Shown piece after piece: positions 55,204 to 64,000 of a stretch of DNA of 64,000 bases. This DNA comes from Sphingobacteriaceae bacterium (GTDB taxonomy: Bacteria > Bacteroidota > Bacteroidia > B-17B0 > Aurantibacillaceae), in assembly GCA_016709575.1 (NCBI GenBank), contig JADJMM010000012.1, forward strand, positions 28,077 to 92,076, in the 5' to 3' direction. The first letter of the stretch is position 1; each line of letters opens with the position of its first letter. The notes below the pieces were generated by a model. It saw nothing but the letters and a program-made list of their open reading frames with translations, had not been told where the DNA came from and ran no database searches. The translations under genes were made by a program, and so were the position numbers.

Positions 55204-55214
55204 TAATTGTTGTT

Positions 55215-55394
55215 ATGGCAAAAGTAAAAATCACATTAGTAAAAGGTAGAGCAAAACGTAGCCCTCGTCAAAGAGCAACTTTAGTAGCCCTAGGCTTTAG
55301 AAAAACTTATCAAAGTCTAACTAAGGAATTAAATCCTGCAGTTCAAGGACAAATTGATACAGTGGCGCACATGTTAAAAATCGAAAATATTTAA
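55215..55394 (+). CDS. rpmD: 50S ribosomal protein L30 (59 aa, below the ORF-track cut-off)
   Basis: Manual translation gives MAKVKITLVKGRAKRSPRQRATLVALGFRKTYQSLTKELNPAVQGQIDTVAHMLKIENI. The position is between rpsE and rplO. Confidence 0.88.
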   Translation: MAKVKITLVKGRAKRSPRQRATLVALGFRKTYQSLTKELNPAVQGQIDTVAHMLKIENI

Positions 55395-55398
55395 TATT

Positions 55399-55872
55399 AT
55401 GAAATTAAGTACAATTAAGCCTGCTAAAGGCGCAACAAAAAATAATTACCGTAGAGGTCGCGGACAAGGTTCTGGCGGTGGTGGAACAGCTACACGTGGT
55501 CACAAAGGAGCTAAGTCTCGTTCTGGTTATTCTTCTAAACGTGGTTTTGAAGGTGGACAGATGCCGTTACAACGTCGTATCCCTAAATTCGGTTTCAAAA
55601 ACATTAACCGTTTAAATTATAACGGAATCAATTTAGATTCAATTCAGAAATTGGTTGACAAAACTAAAGCAACAGAAATCACTACTGATCTTTTAATTCA
55701 AAATGGATTAGCAGGTAAAACTGACTTAGTTAAAATTTTAGGTCGTGGTGAATTAAAATCGAAAGTGAACATTCACGCACACGCTTTTACTGCAAATGCT
55801 AAAAAAGTAATTGAAGAAAAAGGTGGTTCAACAACCGAAATTAAATACAACAAAAAAAGTACTACTAAATAA
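55399..55872 (+). CDS. rplO: 50S ribosomal protein L15
   Basis: RGRGQGSGGGGTATRGHKG...EGGQMPLQRRIPK.GF. Confidence 0.94.
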   Translation: MKLSTIKPAKGATKNNYRRGRGQGSGGGGTATRGHKGAKSRSGYSSKRGFEGGQMPLQRRIPKFGFKNINRLNYNGINLDSIQKLVDKTKATEITTDLLIQNGLAGKTDLVKILGRGELKSKVNIHAHAFTANAKKVIEEKGGSTTEIKYNKKSTTK

Positions 55873-55919
55873 TAATCTGTTAGCCGTAAAAAACTAACAC
55901 TACTTGAATTAAAAAATAT

Positions 55920-57253
55920 ATGAAGCGTTTTATAGATACTCTTCAAAACATTTGGAAAATCGAAGAACTAAGAGCCAGAATTCTTTTGACTCTTGGATTG
56001 GTATTAATTTACCGTCTTGGTTCTTACGTTGTACTTCCTGGTGTGAACTCAGCCGCTTTAAATACAGCTAACGAGTCTGCTTCGCAAGATGGTATTATTG
56101 GTTTAATAAACATTTTTGCAGGTGGAGCTTTTTCTCGTGCTTCGGTATTTGGCTTAGGTATCATGCCTTACATTACAGCGTCCATCATTATTCAATTGTT
56201 AGGAATGGCAGTGCCGTATTTTCAAAAAATGCAGCGTGAAGGTGAGAGCGGAAGAAAGAAAATTAATCAATACACACGTTTCTTAACTATTGCTGTAACT
56301 GCAGTGCAATGTCCGGGTTATTTAGCTACGCAGGTATATAACGTACCAGGCGCAGTGGTTGATAACAGTTCATTCTGGTGGTTCCAATCCATCTTAATCT
56401 TAGTTACAGGAACTATGTTTGTAATGTGGTTAGGTGAGAGAATTACTGATAAAGGTATTGGTAACGGTATCTCTTTATTAATTATGATTGGAATTATCTC
56501 TCGTTTACCATTTGCTATCACTTCTGAATTTGGTTCTCGTTTACAAAGTTCTGGTGGTGGTTTAATCATGTTCTTATTAGAAATCGTTTTCTTACTATTT
56601 GTAATTATCGGTTCTATCATGTTAGTACAAGGTACACGTCGTATTCCTGTTCAGTTTGCCAAGAAAATCGTTGGTAATAAACAATACGGCGGTGTTCGTC
56701 AGTACATCCCATTAAAAGTGAATGCGGCAGGTGTAATGCCAATTATCTTCGCACAAGCTATCATGTTTATCCCAGCTGCAATTACAGGTTTCTCTGGTAA
56801 CTCAGCGGGTGTGTTTACTGAGCGTTATGGCTTTATCTACAACTTAACTTTTGCTATTTTAATTATATTATTTACGTATTTCTATACCGCCATCATGGTT
56901 AATCCAAACCAATTGGCTGATGATATGAAACGTAATGGTGGTTTTATTCCCGGTGTAAAACCAGGTAAGAAAACCTCAGAATTTATCGATCAGGTTATGT
57001 CACGCATTACTTTGCCGGGATCTATTTTCCTTGCAACTGTAGCTATCTTACCTGCAATCGCAATTCAGTTGGGTATTAATAGCGCTTTCGCTGATTTTAT
57101 GGCGGAACATCGTTGTTGATTTTAGTTGGTGTTGTATTAGATACCTTACAGCAAATTGAAACGTATTTATTAAACCGTCATTATGATGGATTAATGAAAT
57201 CGGGTCGCATTAAGGGGCGTGGCGCTAATGCCATGATGGTACAACAAGGTTAA
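55920..57253 (+). CDS. secY: Preprotein translocase subunit SecY (frameshift in the T run 57095-57098)
   Basis: A ten-TM pattern with [31 protein letters not shown] and [12 protein letters not shown]. The C-terminus [26 protein letters not shown]...VQQG is read in the shifted frame, with the stop at 57251-57253. Confidence 0.93.
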
Positions 57254-57256
57254 TAT

Positions 57257-57475
57257 ATGGCGAAACAAACAAACATAGAGATAGACGGAACTATTATTGA
57301 GGCACTAAGTAACGCTATGTTTAGGGTGGAGTTGGAAAACGGACACGTAGTTACAGCGCACATTTCGGGTAAAATGCGCATGCACTATATAAAGATATTA
57401 CCCGGTGATAAAGTAAGGTTAGAAATGAGCCCTTACGATTTAAGTAAAGCAAGGATTACATTTAGATACAAATAA
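57257..57475 (+). CDS. infA: Translation initiation factor IF-1
   Basis: 72 aa: [55 protein letters not shown]. Confidence 0.96.
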   Translation: MAKQTNIEIDGTIIEALSNAMFRVELENGHVVTAHISGKMRMHYIKILPGDKVRLEMSPYDLSKARITFRYK

Positions 57476-57491
57476 TTCAAGACCAAAAAAG

Positions 57492-57608
57492 ATGAAAGTA
57501 AGAGCATCCATAAAGAAAAGAAGCGTAGACTGTAAAATAGTTCGTCGTAACGGCAGATTGTACGTAATAAACAAGAAAAACCCAAAATTTAAACAAAGAC
57601 AAAAGTAA
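57492..57608 (+). CDS. rpmJ: 50S ribosomal protein L36 (38 aa, below the ORF-track cut-off)
   Basis: Manual translation gives [38 protein letters not shown]. Confidence 0.9.
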   Translation: MKVRASIKKRSVDCKIVRRNGRLYVINKKNPKFKQRQK

Positions 57609-57644
57609 TTTTGTACCTTTGCAAACCTTTTTAAACAATAGAAA

Positions 57645-58022
57645 ATGGCACGTATAGCAGGTATTGATTTACCAAAAAACAAAAGAGGAGAAATAGGTTT
57701 AACCTATATTTTCGGTATCGGACGCAGCACTGCGCAGCGTATTTTAACCGAATCTGGTATCTCTTTAGATAAAAAAGTTAACGAGTGGACAGATGACGAG
57801 CAAAACGCCATCCGTAACTACATCAATACCCGTTTTAAGGTTGAAGGTGCACTTCGTTCTGAAGTTCAGTTAAACATTAAACGTTTAGTGGATATCGGAT
57901 CGTTCCGTGGTACTCGTCACCGTAACGGTTTACCGGTTCGTGGTCAACGTACCAAAACTAACGCGCGTACTCGTAAGGGTAAACGTAAGACAATTGCTAA
58001 CAAGAAAATGGCAGTTAAATAA
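57645..58022 (+). CDS. rpsM: 30S ribosomal protein S13
   Basis: [14 protein letters not shown]...LTYIFGIG...[23 protein letters not shown]. Confidence 0.96.
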   Translation: MARIAGIDLPKNKRGEIGLTYIFGIGRSTAQRILTESGISLDKKVNEWTDDEQNAIRNYINTRFKVEGALRSEVQLNIKRLVDIGSFRGTRHRNGLPVRGQRTKTNARTRKGKRKTIANKKMAVK

Positions 58023-58050
58023 TAAGTAATATTTAGTAAAAAGATATAAA

Positions 58051-58464
58051 ATGGCAAAACAACAAAGCACAACGCCCCTAACAGGAAAAGCAGCAGCCCG
58101 CAAACGTATGGTAAAAGTAGAAGCTGTAGGCGAAGCGCATATCAATGCTACCTTCAATAACATTATTATCTCGTTAACCAACATGGCGGGTCAAGTTATT
58201 TCTTGGTCAAGTGCAGGTAAAATGGGTTTCCGTGGTTCAAAAAAGAACACACCTTATGCAGCGCAATTAGCTGCAGGAGATAGCGGGAAAGTAGCTTTTG
58301 ATGCAGGTTTACGTAAAGTAAAAGTGTATATCAAAGGACCAGGAGCAGGACGTGAGTCAGCAATCCGTACACTTACAACAAATGGTATCGAAGTATCTGA
58401 AATTGTAGATATAACTCCGATTCCTCACAACGGTTGTCGTCCACCAAAACGTCGCCGCGTATAA
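58051..58464 (+). CDS. rpsK: 30S ribosomal protein S11
   Basis: [37 protein letters not shown]...GPG.GRE.AIR...[19 protein letters not shown]. Confidence 0.96.
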   Translation: MAKQQSTTPLTGKAAARKRMVKVEAVGEAHINATFNNIIISLTNMAGQVISWSSAGKMGFRGSKKNTPYAAQLAAGDSGKVAFDAGLRKVKVYIKGPGAGRESAIRTLTTNGIEVSEIVDITPIPHNGCRPPKRRRV

Positions 58465-58561
58465 AAATTAAATTAAAAACAGCCAGCCCAGTTGGGTTTG
58501 GAGCTGCTAGCCGTAAGGGCTTTCAGCTTAAATAATAAAAACAAAAAAACAATTATTTAAA

Positions 58562-59167
58562 ATGGCAAGGTACACAGGTCCAAAATCAAAAATCGCCCGT
58601 AAATTCAAGGAGCCAATCTTCGGCCCGGATAAGGCGTTAGAAAAAAGAAACTACCCTCCGGGGCAGCATGGTAACGCTAAAAAGCGTGGTAAACAATCTG
58701 AATACGCAATTCAGTTAATGGAAAAGCAAAAAGCTAAGTACACTTACGGAATTTTAGAGCGTCAGTTTGCTAAAATTTTCGCAAAAGCAGCACGTTCACA
58801 TGGTATTACCGGTGAAGTGTTATTACAATTAATAGAAGCACGTATTGATAATGTTGTGTATCGTTTAGGTATTGCACCTAGCCGTCGTGCAGCACGTCAG
58901 TTAGTGTCTCACTCTCACATTACAGTTAACGGTACTGTTGTTAACGTAGCATCTTACACTTTAAAAGCTGGTGATGTTATCGCAGTTCGCGAAAAGTCTC
59001 AGTCGTTAGAGGCGATTGTAAATTGTGTAACAGGTTCAGTAAATAAATACCCTTGGTTAGATTTCGACAGAACTACAATGAGCGGAAAATTTATTAACCG
59101 CCCTGAGCGTTCTCAAATTCCTGAAAACATTAAGGAACAGTTGATCGTCGAGTTATACTCTAAATAA
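58562..59167 (+). CDS. rpsD: 30S ribosomal protein S4
   Basis: [15 protein letters not shown]...YGILERQF...S4 domain [24 protein letters not shown]. Confidence 0.96.
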   Translation: MARYTGPKSKIARKFKEPIFGPDKALEKRNYPPGQHGNAKKRGKQSEYAIQLMEKQKAKYTYGILERQFAKIFAKAARSHGITGEVLLQLIEARIDNVVYRLGIAPSRRAARQLVSHSHITVNGTVVNVASYTLKAGDVIAVREKSQSLEAIVNCVTGSVNKYPWLDFDRTTMSGKFINRPERSQIPENIKEQLIVELYSK

Positions 59168-59207
59168 TTTTTTGGAACTAATTTAATAACCTTAATATAT
59201 ATTATAA

Positions 59208-60200
59208 ATGGCAATCTTAAATTTCGTAAAGCCCGATAAAGTAATAATGATTAACTCTACAGAAACTGAGGGACAGTTTGAATTCCGTCCGTTAGAGCCT
59301 GGGTTTGGTATTACAATTGGAAACGCTTTACGCCGCATACTTTTATCTTCACTTGAAGGTTTCGCTGTAACAAGTTTACGCGTTGAAGGTGTTGATCACG
59401 AATTCTCAACTATTAAAGGTGTTGTTGAAGACGTTACTGAAATAATCTTAAACTTAAAGCAAGTTCGTTTTAAAAAGCAATTAGATAATCACGAAAATGA
59501 AAAAGTGGTAGTTCACTTTGCAGGTGCTGATAAATTTACAGCTGGTGATATCGCAAAATATGTAAACGGTTTTCAAGTATTGAATCCTGATTTAGTAATT
59601 TTCAATTGTGATCCTTCAGTTCGCATTAAAATGGAATTAACTATCGAAAAAGGTCGTGGTTATGTTCCAGCTGAAGAAAACAAAACTAACAGCGCACCAA
59701 ACGGAACTATTTTTATCGATTCAATTTACACTCCAATTAAGAATGTAAAATACACAATCGAAAACTACCGTGTTGAGCAAAAAACTGACTACGAACGTTT
59801 GATTTTAGATATCGTTTCTGATGGTTCTATCCACCCGAAAGAAGCATTAAAAGAAGCTGCTAAAATTTTAATTTTCCACTTCATGTTATTCTCTGATGAG
59901 AAAATTACATTAGATACTGAAGACAAGAAGAGCGAAGAAGAATTTGACGAAACATCATTACACATGCGTCAGTTATTAAAAACTAAGCTTGTGGATATGG
60001 ATCTTTCAGTTCGCGCTTTAAATTGCTTAAAAGCAGCTGACGTTGAAACTTTAGGTGAGCTTGTTGCATTCAACAAAAACGACCTATTAAAGTTCCGTAA
60101 CTTTGGTAAGAAATCATTAACTGAATTAGAAGACTTAGTTTCGGCTAAAGGTTTACAATTCGGAATGAACGTTCAAAAATATAAATTAGACAAGGACTAA
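59208..60200 (+). CDS. rpoA: DNA-directed RNA polymerase alpha subunit
   Basis: [29 protein letters not shown], and the C-terminal domain [22 protein letters not shown]...FGKKSL.E. Confidence 0.96.
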   Translation: MAILNFVKPDKVIMINSTETEGQFEFRPLEPGFGITIGNALRRILLSSLEGFAVTSLRVEGVDHEFSTIKGVVEDVTEIILNLKQVRFKKQLDNHENEKVVVHFAGADKFTAGDIAKYVNGFQVLNPDLVIFNCDPSVRIKMELTIEKGRGYVPAEENKTNSAPNGTIFIDSIYTPIKNVKYTIENYRVEQKTDYERLILDIVSDGSIHPKEALKEAAKILIFHFMLFSDEKITLDTEDKKSEEEFDETSLHMRQLLKTKLVDMDLSVRALNCLKAADVETLGELVAFNKNDLLKFRNFGKKSLTELEDLVSAKGLQFGMNVQKYKLDKD

Positions 60201-60206
60201 AAATTT

Positions 60207-60224
60207 GATTCAGGATTCTGAATC
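60207..60224. other. Perfect 7-bp hairpin in the rpoA-rplQ spacer
   Basis: GATTCAG-gatt-CTGAATC, 6 nt after the rpoA stop. No T run follows, so a terminator role is doubtful. Confidence 0.3.
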
Positions 60225-60239
60225 TTAAAGAATAATAAA

Positions 60240-60717
60240 ATGAGACACGGAGATAAAATAAATAACTTAGGCAGAACAAGCTCTCACCGTAAGGCTTTGT
60301 TAAGCAACATGGCTTGCTCTTTAATTGAGCACAAGCGTATATTTACAACGCTTGCAAAAGCAAAAGCATTACGTCTTTTTGTTGAGCCAATCATTACTAC
60401 AAGCAAGAACGATACTACGCACGCGCGTCGTATGGCTTTCGCTGATTTAAAAAGTAAAGATGCAGTATCAACATTATTCAAAGACATCGCTGTAAAGTTG
60501 GTGACCGTAAAGGTGGATACACTCGTATCATCAAAACCGAAACCGTCAAGGTGATGCTGCTGAAATGGCGTTAATTGAATTAGTTGATTACAACGAAATT
60601 TACACTAACGGTAAAGGTTCTGCTAAACCTGAAAAAGCAAAAACTACTCGTCGTAGTCGCGCTACTAAGAAAAAAGCAGACGGTGCTGATACCGCTGAAA
60701 CAAAAACAGAAGAGTAA
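60240..60717 (+). CDS. rplQ: 50S ribosomal protein L17 (two frameshifts in the A runs 60494-60496 and 60540-60542)
   Basis: [39 protein letters not shown], then [14 protein letters not shown], then [19 protein letters not shown]... in successive frames. The stop is at 60715-60717. Confidence 0.92.
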
Positions 60718-60734
60718 TCTTAAACTATATTATA

Positions 60735-60766
60735 AAAGCCCGGTCTCAAAAAGTCCGGGTTTTTTA
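60735..60766 (+). terminator. Rho-independent terminator at the end of the ribosomal protein cluster
   Basis: AAAGCCCGG-tctcaaaaagt-CCGGGTTTT, followed by a T-rich tract. Confidence 0.7.
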
Positions 60767-60791
60767 TGTTTTATTTTTGTAAATTTACTTT

Positions 60792-61500
60792 GTGAGCAAA
60801 ATTACAATAGCCATCGATGGATTCTCAAGTTGCAGGAAAAGCACTCTGGCTAAAGCACTCGCTCAAAAACTACATTACAGTTATATTGATACCGGTGCTA
60901 TGTACCGTTGTGTAACACTATACGCACTTCGTCATGGTTTTATTGATAAGAAACAAAACATCGAGGAGATGAAATTGATAACAGTTCTTCCCTTGATAAA
61001 TGTTGATTTCATTTTTGATACTCATAAAAAGGTTTCAGAAACCTATTTGAACGGAGAGAATGTTGAACTTGAAATCCGCAGCATGGAAGTTTCGAATAAC
61101 GTAAGTAAAATAAAGTGCTATACATGAAGTCCGCGAAAAAATGGTAGCACTACAACGCGAAATGGGGAAGAACGGAGCTGTAATTTTAGACGGCCGCGAT
61201 ATAGGAACCAACGTTTTTCCAAATGCTGAATTGAAAATTTTTATGACTGCCGATAATGATGTCCGCGCCAGAAGAAGAATGGATGAATACACAGCACACG
61301 GACAATACTTTTCTTTGGAAGAAGTAAAACTAAATTTAAATAAAAGAGATTACGCTGATTCACACCGAAAAGAAAATCCACTCACAAGAGCAAAAGACGC
61401 AATTGTGTTAGATAACACAGATTTAAATCCCGCGGAACAATTAGAGTTCGTTGTTAAACTAATTAACGACATGCAACTCACAAAAGATCCGGTTGAGTGA
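60792..61500 (+). CDS. cmk: Cytidylate kinase (GTG start; frameshift in the A run 61112-61114)
   Basis: ITIAIDGFSSCRKSTLAKALAQKL.Y.YIDTGAMYR.VTLYAL, then VREKMVALQREMGKNGAVILDGRDIGT.VFP.A..K.FMTA....RA.RR in ORF 61141-61500. Confidence 0.9.
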
Positions 61501-61571
61501 CTTCGGCTACGCTCAGTCACCGAGCACTATTAAGTTCAGATAAAGCGGTGGTTGAGCGGAGTCGAAACCAC
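61491..61571. repeat. Two GGTTGAG-initiated stem-loops between convergent cmk and the Kelch gene
   Basis: GGTTGAGTGAC..GTCAC (5-bp stem 61497-61501 / 61516-61520) and GTGGTT-gagcggagtcga-AACCAC (61548-61571). Confidence 0.45.
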
Positions 61572-61581
61572 TGATACAAAT

Positions 61582-63444
61582 CTACTCCACAACCATTTTC
61601 CCATTACCAACTTTCACACCTTTCTCCTCAACAAAATAATAGTAAATGCCTTTCGAAATTTCTACATCCAAATAAATTTCACCGTTAAGTTCTTTTTTTA
61701 TTACTTCTTGCCCGATCGAATTATAGAGAACAAATTTTCCTTCTTTTACGTTTGGACTCAAATAAAATACCCCGTTGTTCGGATTGGGATAAAGTCGTAT
61801 TGTTTTTGTCTCGACTACGTTCGACTTGACAGAGGTGCAAGGAGAAACTGAAACTGTAATTGGAGTTCTTTCATTGCAAGGACTTCCTTCAGCATAGAAA
61901 GTATAATTTCCTGTTGCTAATGAAGAAATGTTGTAAGAATTTCCTGTTCCTAAAGAAACTGTTGAAGTAGGGGAGCTGTACCACGTAACAGTACTCGAAC
62001 TTACCGTTGCTACGCTTAACAATGTTGAATCACCATTGCAAATATTCACAGAAAATGCATCTGTAATATTAAATGGCGCGCAGGTAATTTTATATTTCCA
62101 TAAATCATTTAAATTATTTAATCCTGTTACTGCAGGATATCCGAAACTTCCAAAAATAACCATATCACCATTCAAATCTTTCCAACCAATATTATAATAA
62201 CGTGCTCCCGGATTATTTGCAGGTGCACTTACACCTTGCGTTCCGTAAATTCCATTTTGATTTATTGCGTTTGCACCTTTCATCCAAGTCCATTCATCAG
62301 TACTCGGTGTGTATTTCCATAAATCATTTAAACGTCCAATACCAAAAGTTCCCGGGTAACCAATACCTCCGAACAACCATAAATTTCCCCAATTATCAAA
62401 AACAGGAAATGCGCTATATCTTCCACCGGGAATATTAGTTGACGAAGGCACACCAAGCGTTCCGTTGTTTGCTAATTGATTTCCTAAATTAGTTCCGCTC
62501 TCGTAAATCCACATGTTTGAAGTTTGATTATATCGCCACAAATCATTTAAATGTCCAAAGCCCACTGATGAATAACCGCCACCGCCAAACATCCACACAG
62601 CACCTGCAGGATCTTTCCATATTGAAGGAAATTCTCTTCCACCGGGTTCGTTAGATGGAACTGCCAGCCCCTTCGGACCGTAAGTCCCGGTTTGGTTAAT
62701 TATGTTAGTTCCTTTTATCCAAGTCCATTGATTTGTTGTTGTGTTGAAACGCCATACATCATTTAAATAACCATCTCCGCCTGTTGCTGGATAACCGTAA
62801 CCACCAATCAACCATAAATTATTACTGTTGTCACACCATGTTCCACCACCGTGGCGACCACCCGGAATATTTGCAGGAGCAGGAACAGCAATCGTTCCGT
62901 AAGTTCCATTTTGGTTAGCAAGATTAGAGCCACTCATCCAAGTCCATTCGTTTGTTGTTGGATTGTATTTCCATAAATCATTTAATCGTCCCCAAGTTCC
63001 AAAAGCATCGAAGCCATCACCACCAAACATCCAGAAATTTCCAAGATTATCTTGCCACCACATTTGAAATTCACGTGCGCCTGGTTCGTTAGTTGGAGAG
63101 GAAACACCAAGCGTTCCGTATAATCCAATTTGATCAACAACATTACTGCCACGAATCCAAGTCCATTCGTTTGTTGCGGGAGTATATTTCCATAAATCAT
63201 TTAACCAACCAAAAGCCGGAGTGGAAGCATAACCTTCACCACCAAATTGCCATAAATTTCCAGCGGCATCAGTCCAACAAGCAGCGCCATGTCTACCACC
63301 CGGATCATTTCCGGGAGCGCTTACACCCATTGTACCGTAAGTTGCTACAATACTTCCTGTACTGCTTCCACGAAGCCATGTCCAGTCTTGTGCGATGCTG
63401 CTAAATGATATTGTAATTAAAAGGGAGAGTATGATTTTTTTCAT
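61582..63444 (-). CDS. Six-bladed Kelch-type beta-propeller protein with an Ig-like domain and a T9SS C-terminal sorting domain
   Basis: Intact 620-aa ORF with a signal peptide. Six units of about 52 aa (LNDLWKY.P.TNEWTW..G.N...Q.G.YGT.GV....N.PG.R......D..GN.W.FGG). The tail is IRLYPNPNNGVFYL...GIYYYFV...KMVVE. Confidence 0.8.
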   Translation of the reverse strand: MKKIILSLLITISFSSIAQDWTWLRGSSTGSIVATYGTMGVSAPGNDPGGRHGAACWTDAAGNLWQFGGEGYASTPAFGWLNDLWKYTPATNEWTWIRGSNVVDQIGLYGTLGVSSPTNEPGAREFQMWWQDNLGNFWMFGGDGFDAFGTWGRLNDLWKYNPTTNEWTWMSGSNLANQNGTYGTIAVPAPANIPGGRHGGGTWCDNSNNLWLIGGYGYPATGGDGYLNDVWRFNTTTNQWTWIKGTNIINQTGTYGPKGLAVPSNEPGGREFPSIWKDPAGAVWMFGGGGYSSVGFGHLNDLWRYNQTSNMWIYESGTNLGNQLANNGTLGVPSSTNIPGGRYSAFPVFDNWGNLWLFGGIGYPGTFGIGRLNDLWKYTPSTDEWTWMKGANAINQNGIYGTQGVSAPANNPGARYYNIGWKDLNGDMVIFGSFGYPAVTGLNNLNDLWKYKITCAPFNITDAFSVNICNGDSTLLSVATVSSSTVTWYSSPTSTVSLGTGNSYNISSLATGNYTFYAEGSPCNERTPITVSVSPCTSVKSNVVETKTIRLYPNPNNGVFYLSPNVKEGKFVLYNSIGQEVIKKELNGEIYLDVEISKGIYYYFVEEKGVKVGNGKMVVE

Positions 63445-63545
63445 GCGTTATGGTTTTTGGTGTATTAAAGATAATAATTTTTTTTCTTAAAAGAGGATGT
63501 GGTTTGCGATGAGGGCTTGCCGCTGAATGTTAATTCTTTCATGTC

Positions 63546-63935
63546 ACTTTTTGCTTGACCAAAAAGTAACCAAATCCCGATAGCTATCGGGACAAGAAAA
63601 TTCGATACTGCGCACAAGGCTACCCGGCCGGCACGAATTTTCCAGCTTACCCACGTCTTATTTAAAAGGATTTCTTCTAGAGACGGGAATTCATGAATGC
63701 AGGACTCAGTGAATTGTGTAACGAAAGTCATTTGAAGTTAATCATCATCGGAGGATTGATTCCTGTTAGTGATAGCGGTAAAGTTGAGGAAGCGTTGGCT
63801 TTGCGCATTTGCTTCAACTTTAGCCGTGGTTTTGTGCCTGCCTCTTGCACAAAAATCACCTTCAGGAATCAAGAGCTTTTTGGATACTTTTTGGCGGACA
63901 AAAAGTATCGGACGGAAAAGGTTGCGATAGCAACC
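63546..63935. repeat. Hairpin-dense non-coding region with at least five palindromic elements
   Basis: ACTTTTT-gcttgacc-AAAAAGT (63546-63567). TCCCGATAGCTATCGGGA (63575-63592). GAAAATTCG...CGAATTTTC (63596-63642). GATACTTTTT-ggcggac-AAAAAGTATC (63883-63909). GGTTGC-gata-GCAACC (63920-63935). Confidence 0.75.
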
Positions 63936-64000
63936 GCAGTTGAAAACACTCTTCTTTAAATAAAATCATGTTTTGAAATTTAACCACCCCTGTCCGCTAA

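Noticed and set aside
58465-58561. A structured leader between rpsK and rpsD (an S4 autoregulatory site).
   Set aside because: Only short 4-5 bp complementarities are visible (CCCA/TGGG, AGCC/GGCT, CAGC/GCTG). That is not enough to claim a conserved structure without covariation data.
60584-60853. 89-aa ORF after rplQ.
   Set aside because: Its first half is an off-frame reading of the frameshifted rplQ 3' end, and the rest crosses the terminator and the cmk promoter region.
43804-61500. Programmed ribosomal frameshifting or transcriptional slippage as the cause of the split ribosomal, fusA and secY genes.
   Set aside because: No such recoding is known for these genes. The sites are both +1 and -1 in direction and sit in short runs of 2-6 nt. 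Equally frequent breaks occur in unrelated accessory genes. Sequencing error is far more parsimonious, though only reads can prove it.
63465-63959. Two 88-aa ORFs (63465-63731 on the minus strand, 63693-63959 on the plus strand) as protein-coding genes.
   Set aside because: They overlap each other and are built from palindromic repeats. One contains the exact 22-mer also found in the rplF-rplR spacer. They look like translated repeat elements.
1-64000. CRISPR arrays, IS elements or transposases, integrases, prophage genes, toxin-antitoxin or restriction systems, and rRNA genes.
   Set aside because: I saw no direct-repeat/spacer periodicity, no transposase- or integrase-like ORF, and no rRNA-like sequence on either strand. 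The only mobile-DNA hints are the small palindromes and the tRNA fragment reported above.

Overview
This is a low-GC Bacteroidota chromosomal segment, Flavobacteriia- or Sphingobacteriia-like. The assignment rests on many C-terminal T9SS sorting domains, TAnnTTTG -7 promoter boxes, A-rich leaders that mostly lack Shine-Dalgarno sequences, and the gene order. The right third (43.3-60.7 kb) is the conserved str/S10/spc/alpha ribosomal-protein supercluster: rpsL-rpsG-fusA-rpsJ ... secY-infA-rpmJ-rpsM-rpsK-rpsD-rpoA-rplQ, followed by cmk. The left two thirds mix housekeeping genes (recR, fbaB, accD, recQ, mnmA, an MqnE-like radical SAM enzyme) with envelope and accessory genes. These include two Na+/solute symporters, a TonB-dependent receptor, a PorQ-like barrel, a stand-alone GldN-like gene, five T9SS cargo proteins, glycosyltransferases with an AsnB-type amidotransferase, and a PIG-L deacetylase operon. 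Three things stand out. (1) A four-gene Sia-like partner-switch module at 13.7-18.8 kb (propeller sensor fused to a PP2C phosphatase, a Cys-rich lipoprotein, a SiaB-like kinase, a SiaC-like DUF1987 protein) has no diguanylate cyclase output gene. (2) By my manual count there are at least about three dozen reading-frame breaks. They hit essential genes (rpsG, fusA, rplP, rplX, secY, rplQ, cmk), and wherever I inspected them they sit in homopolymer runs, which points to sequencing or assembly indels rather than real pseudogenes. (3) A family of palindromic intergenic elements includes an identical 22-nt palindrome inside the spc operon and in a hairpin-dense region at the right end, and there is a tRNA 3'-end fragment beside an AT-rich gene remnant next to recQ. 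I found no rRNA, complete tRNA, CRISPR array or transposase.
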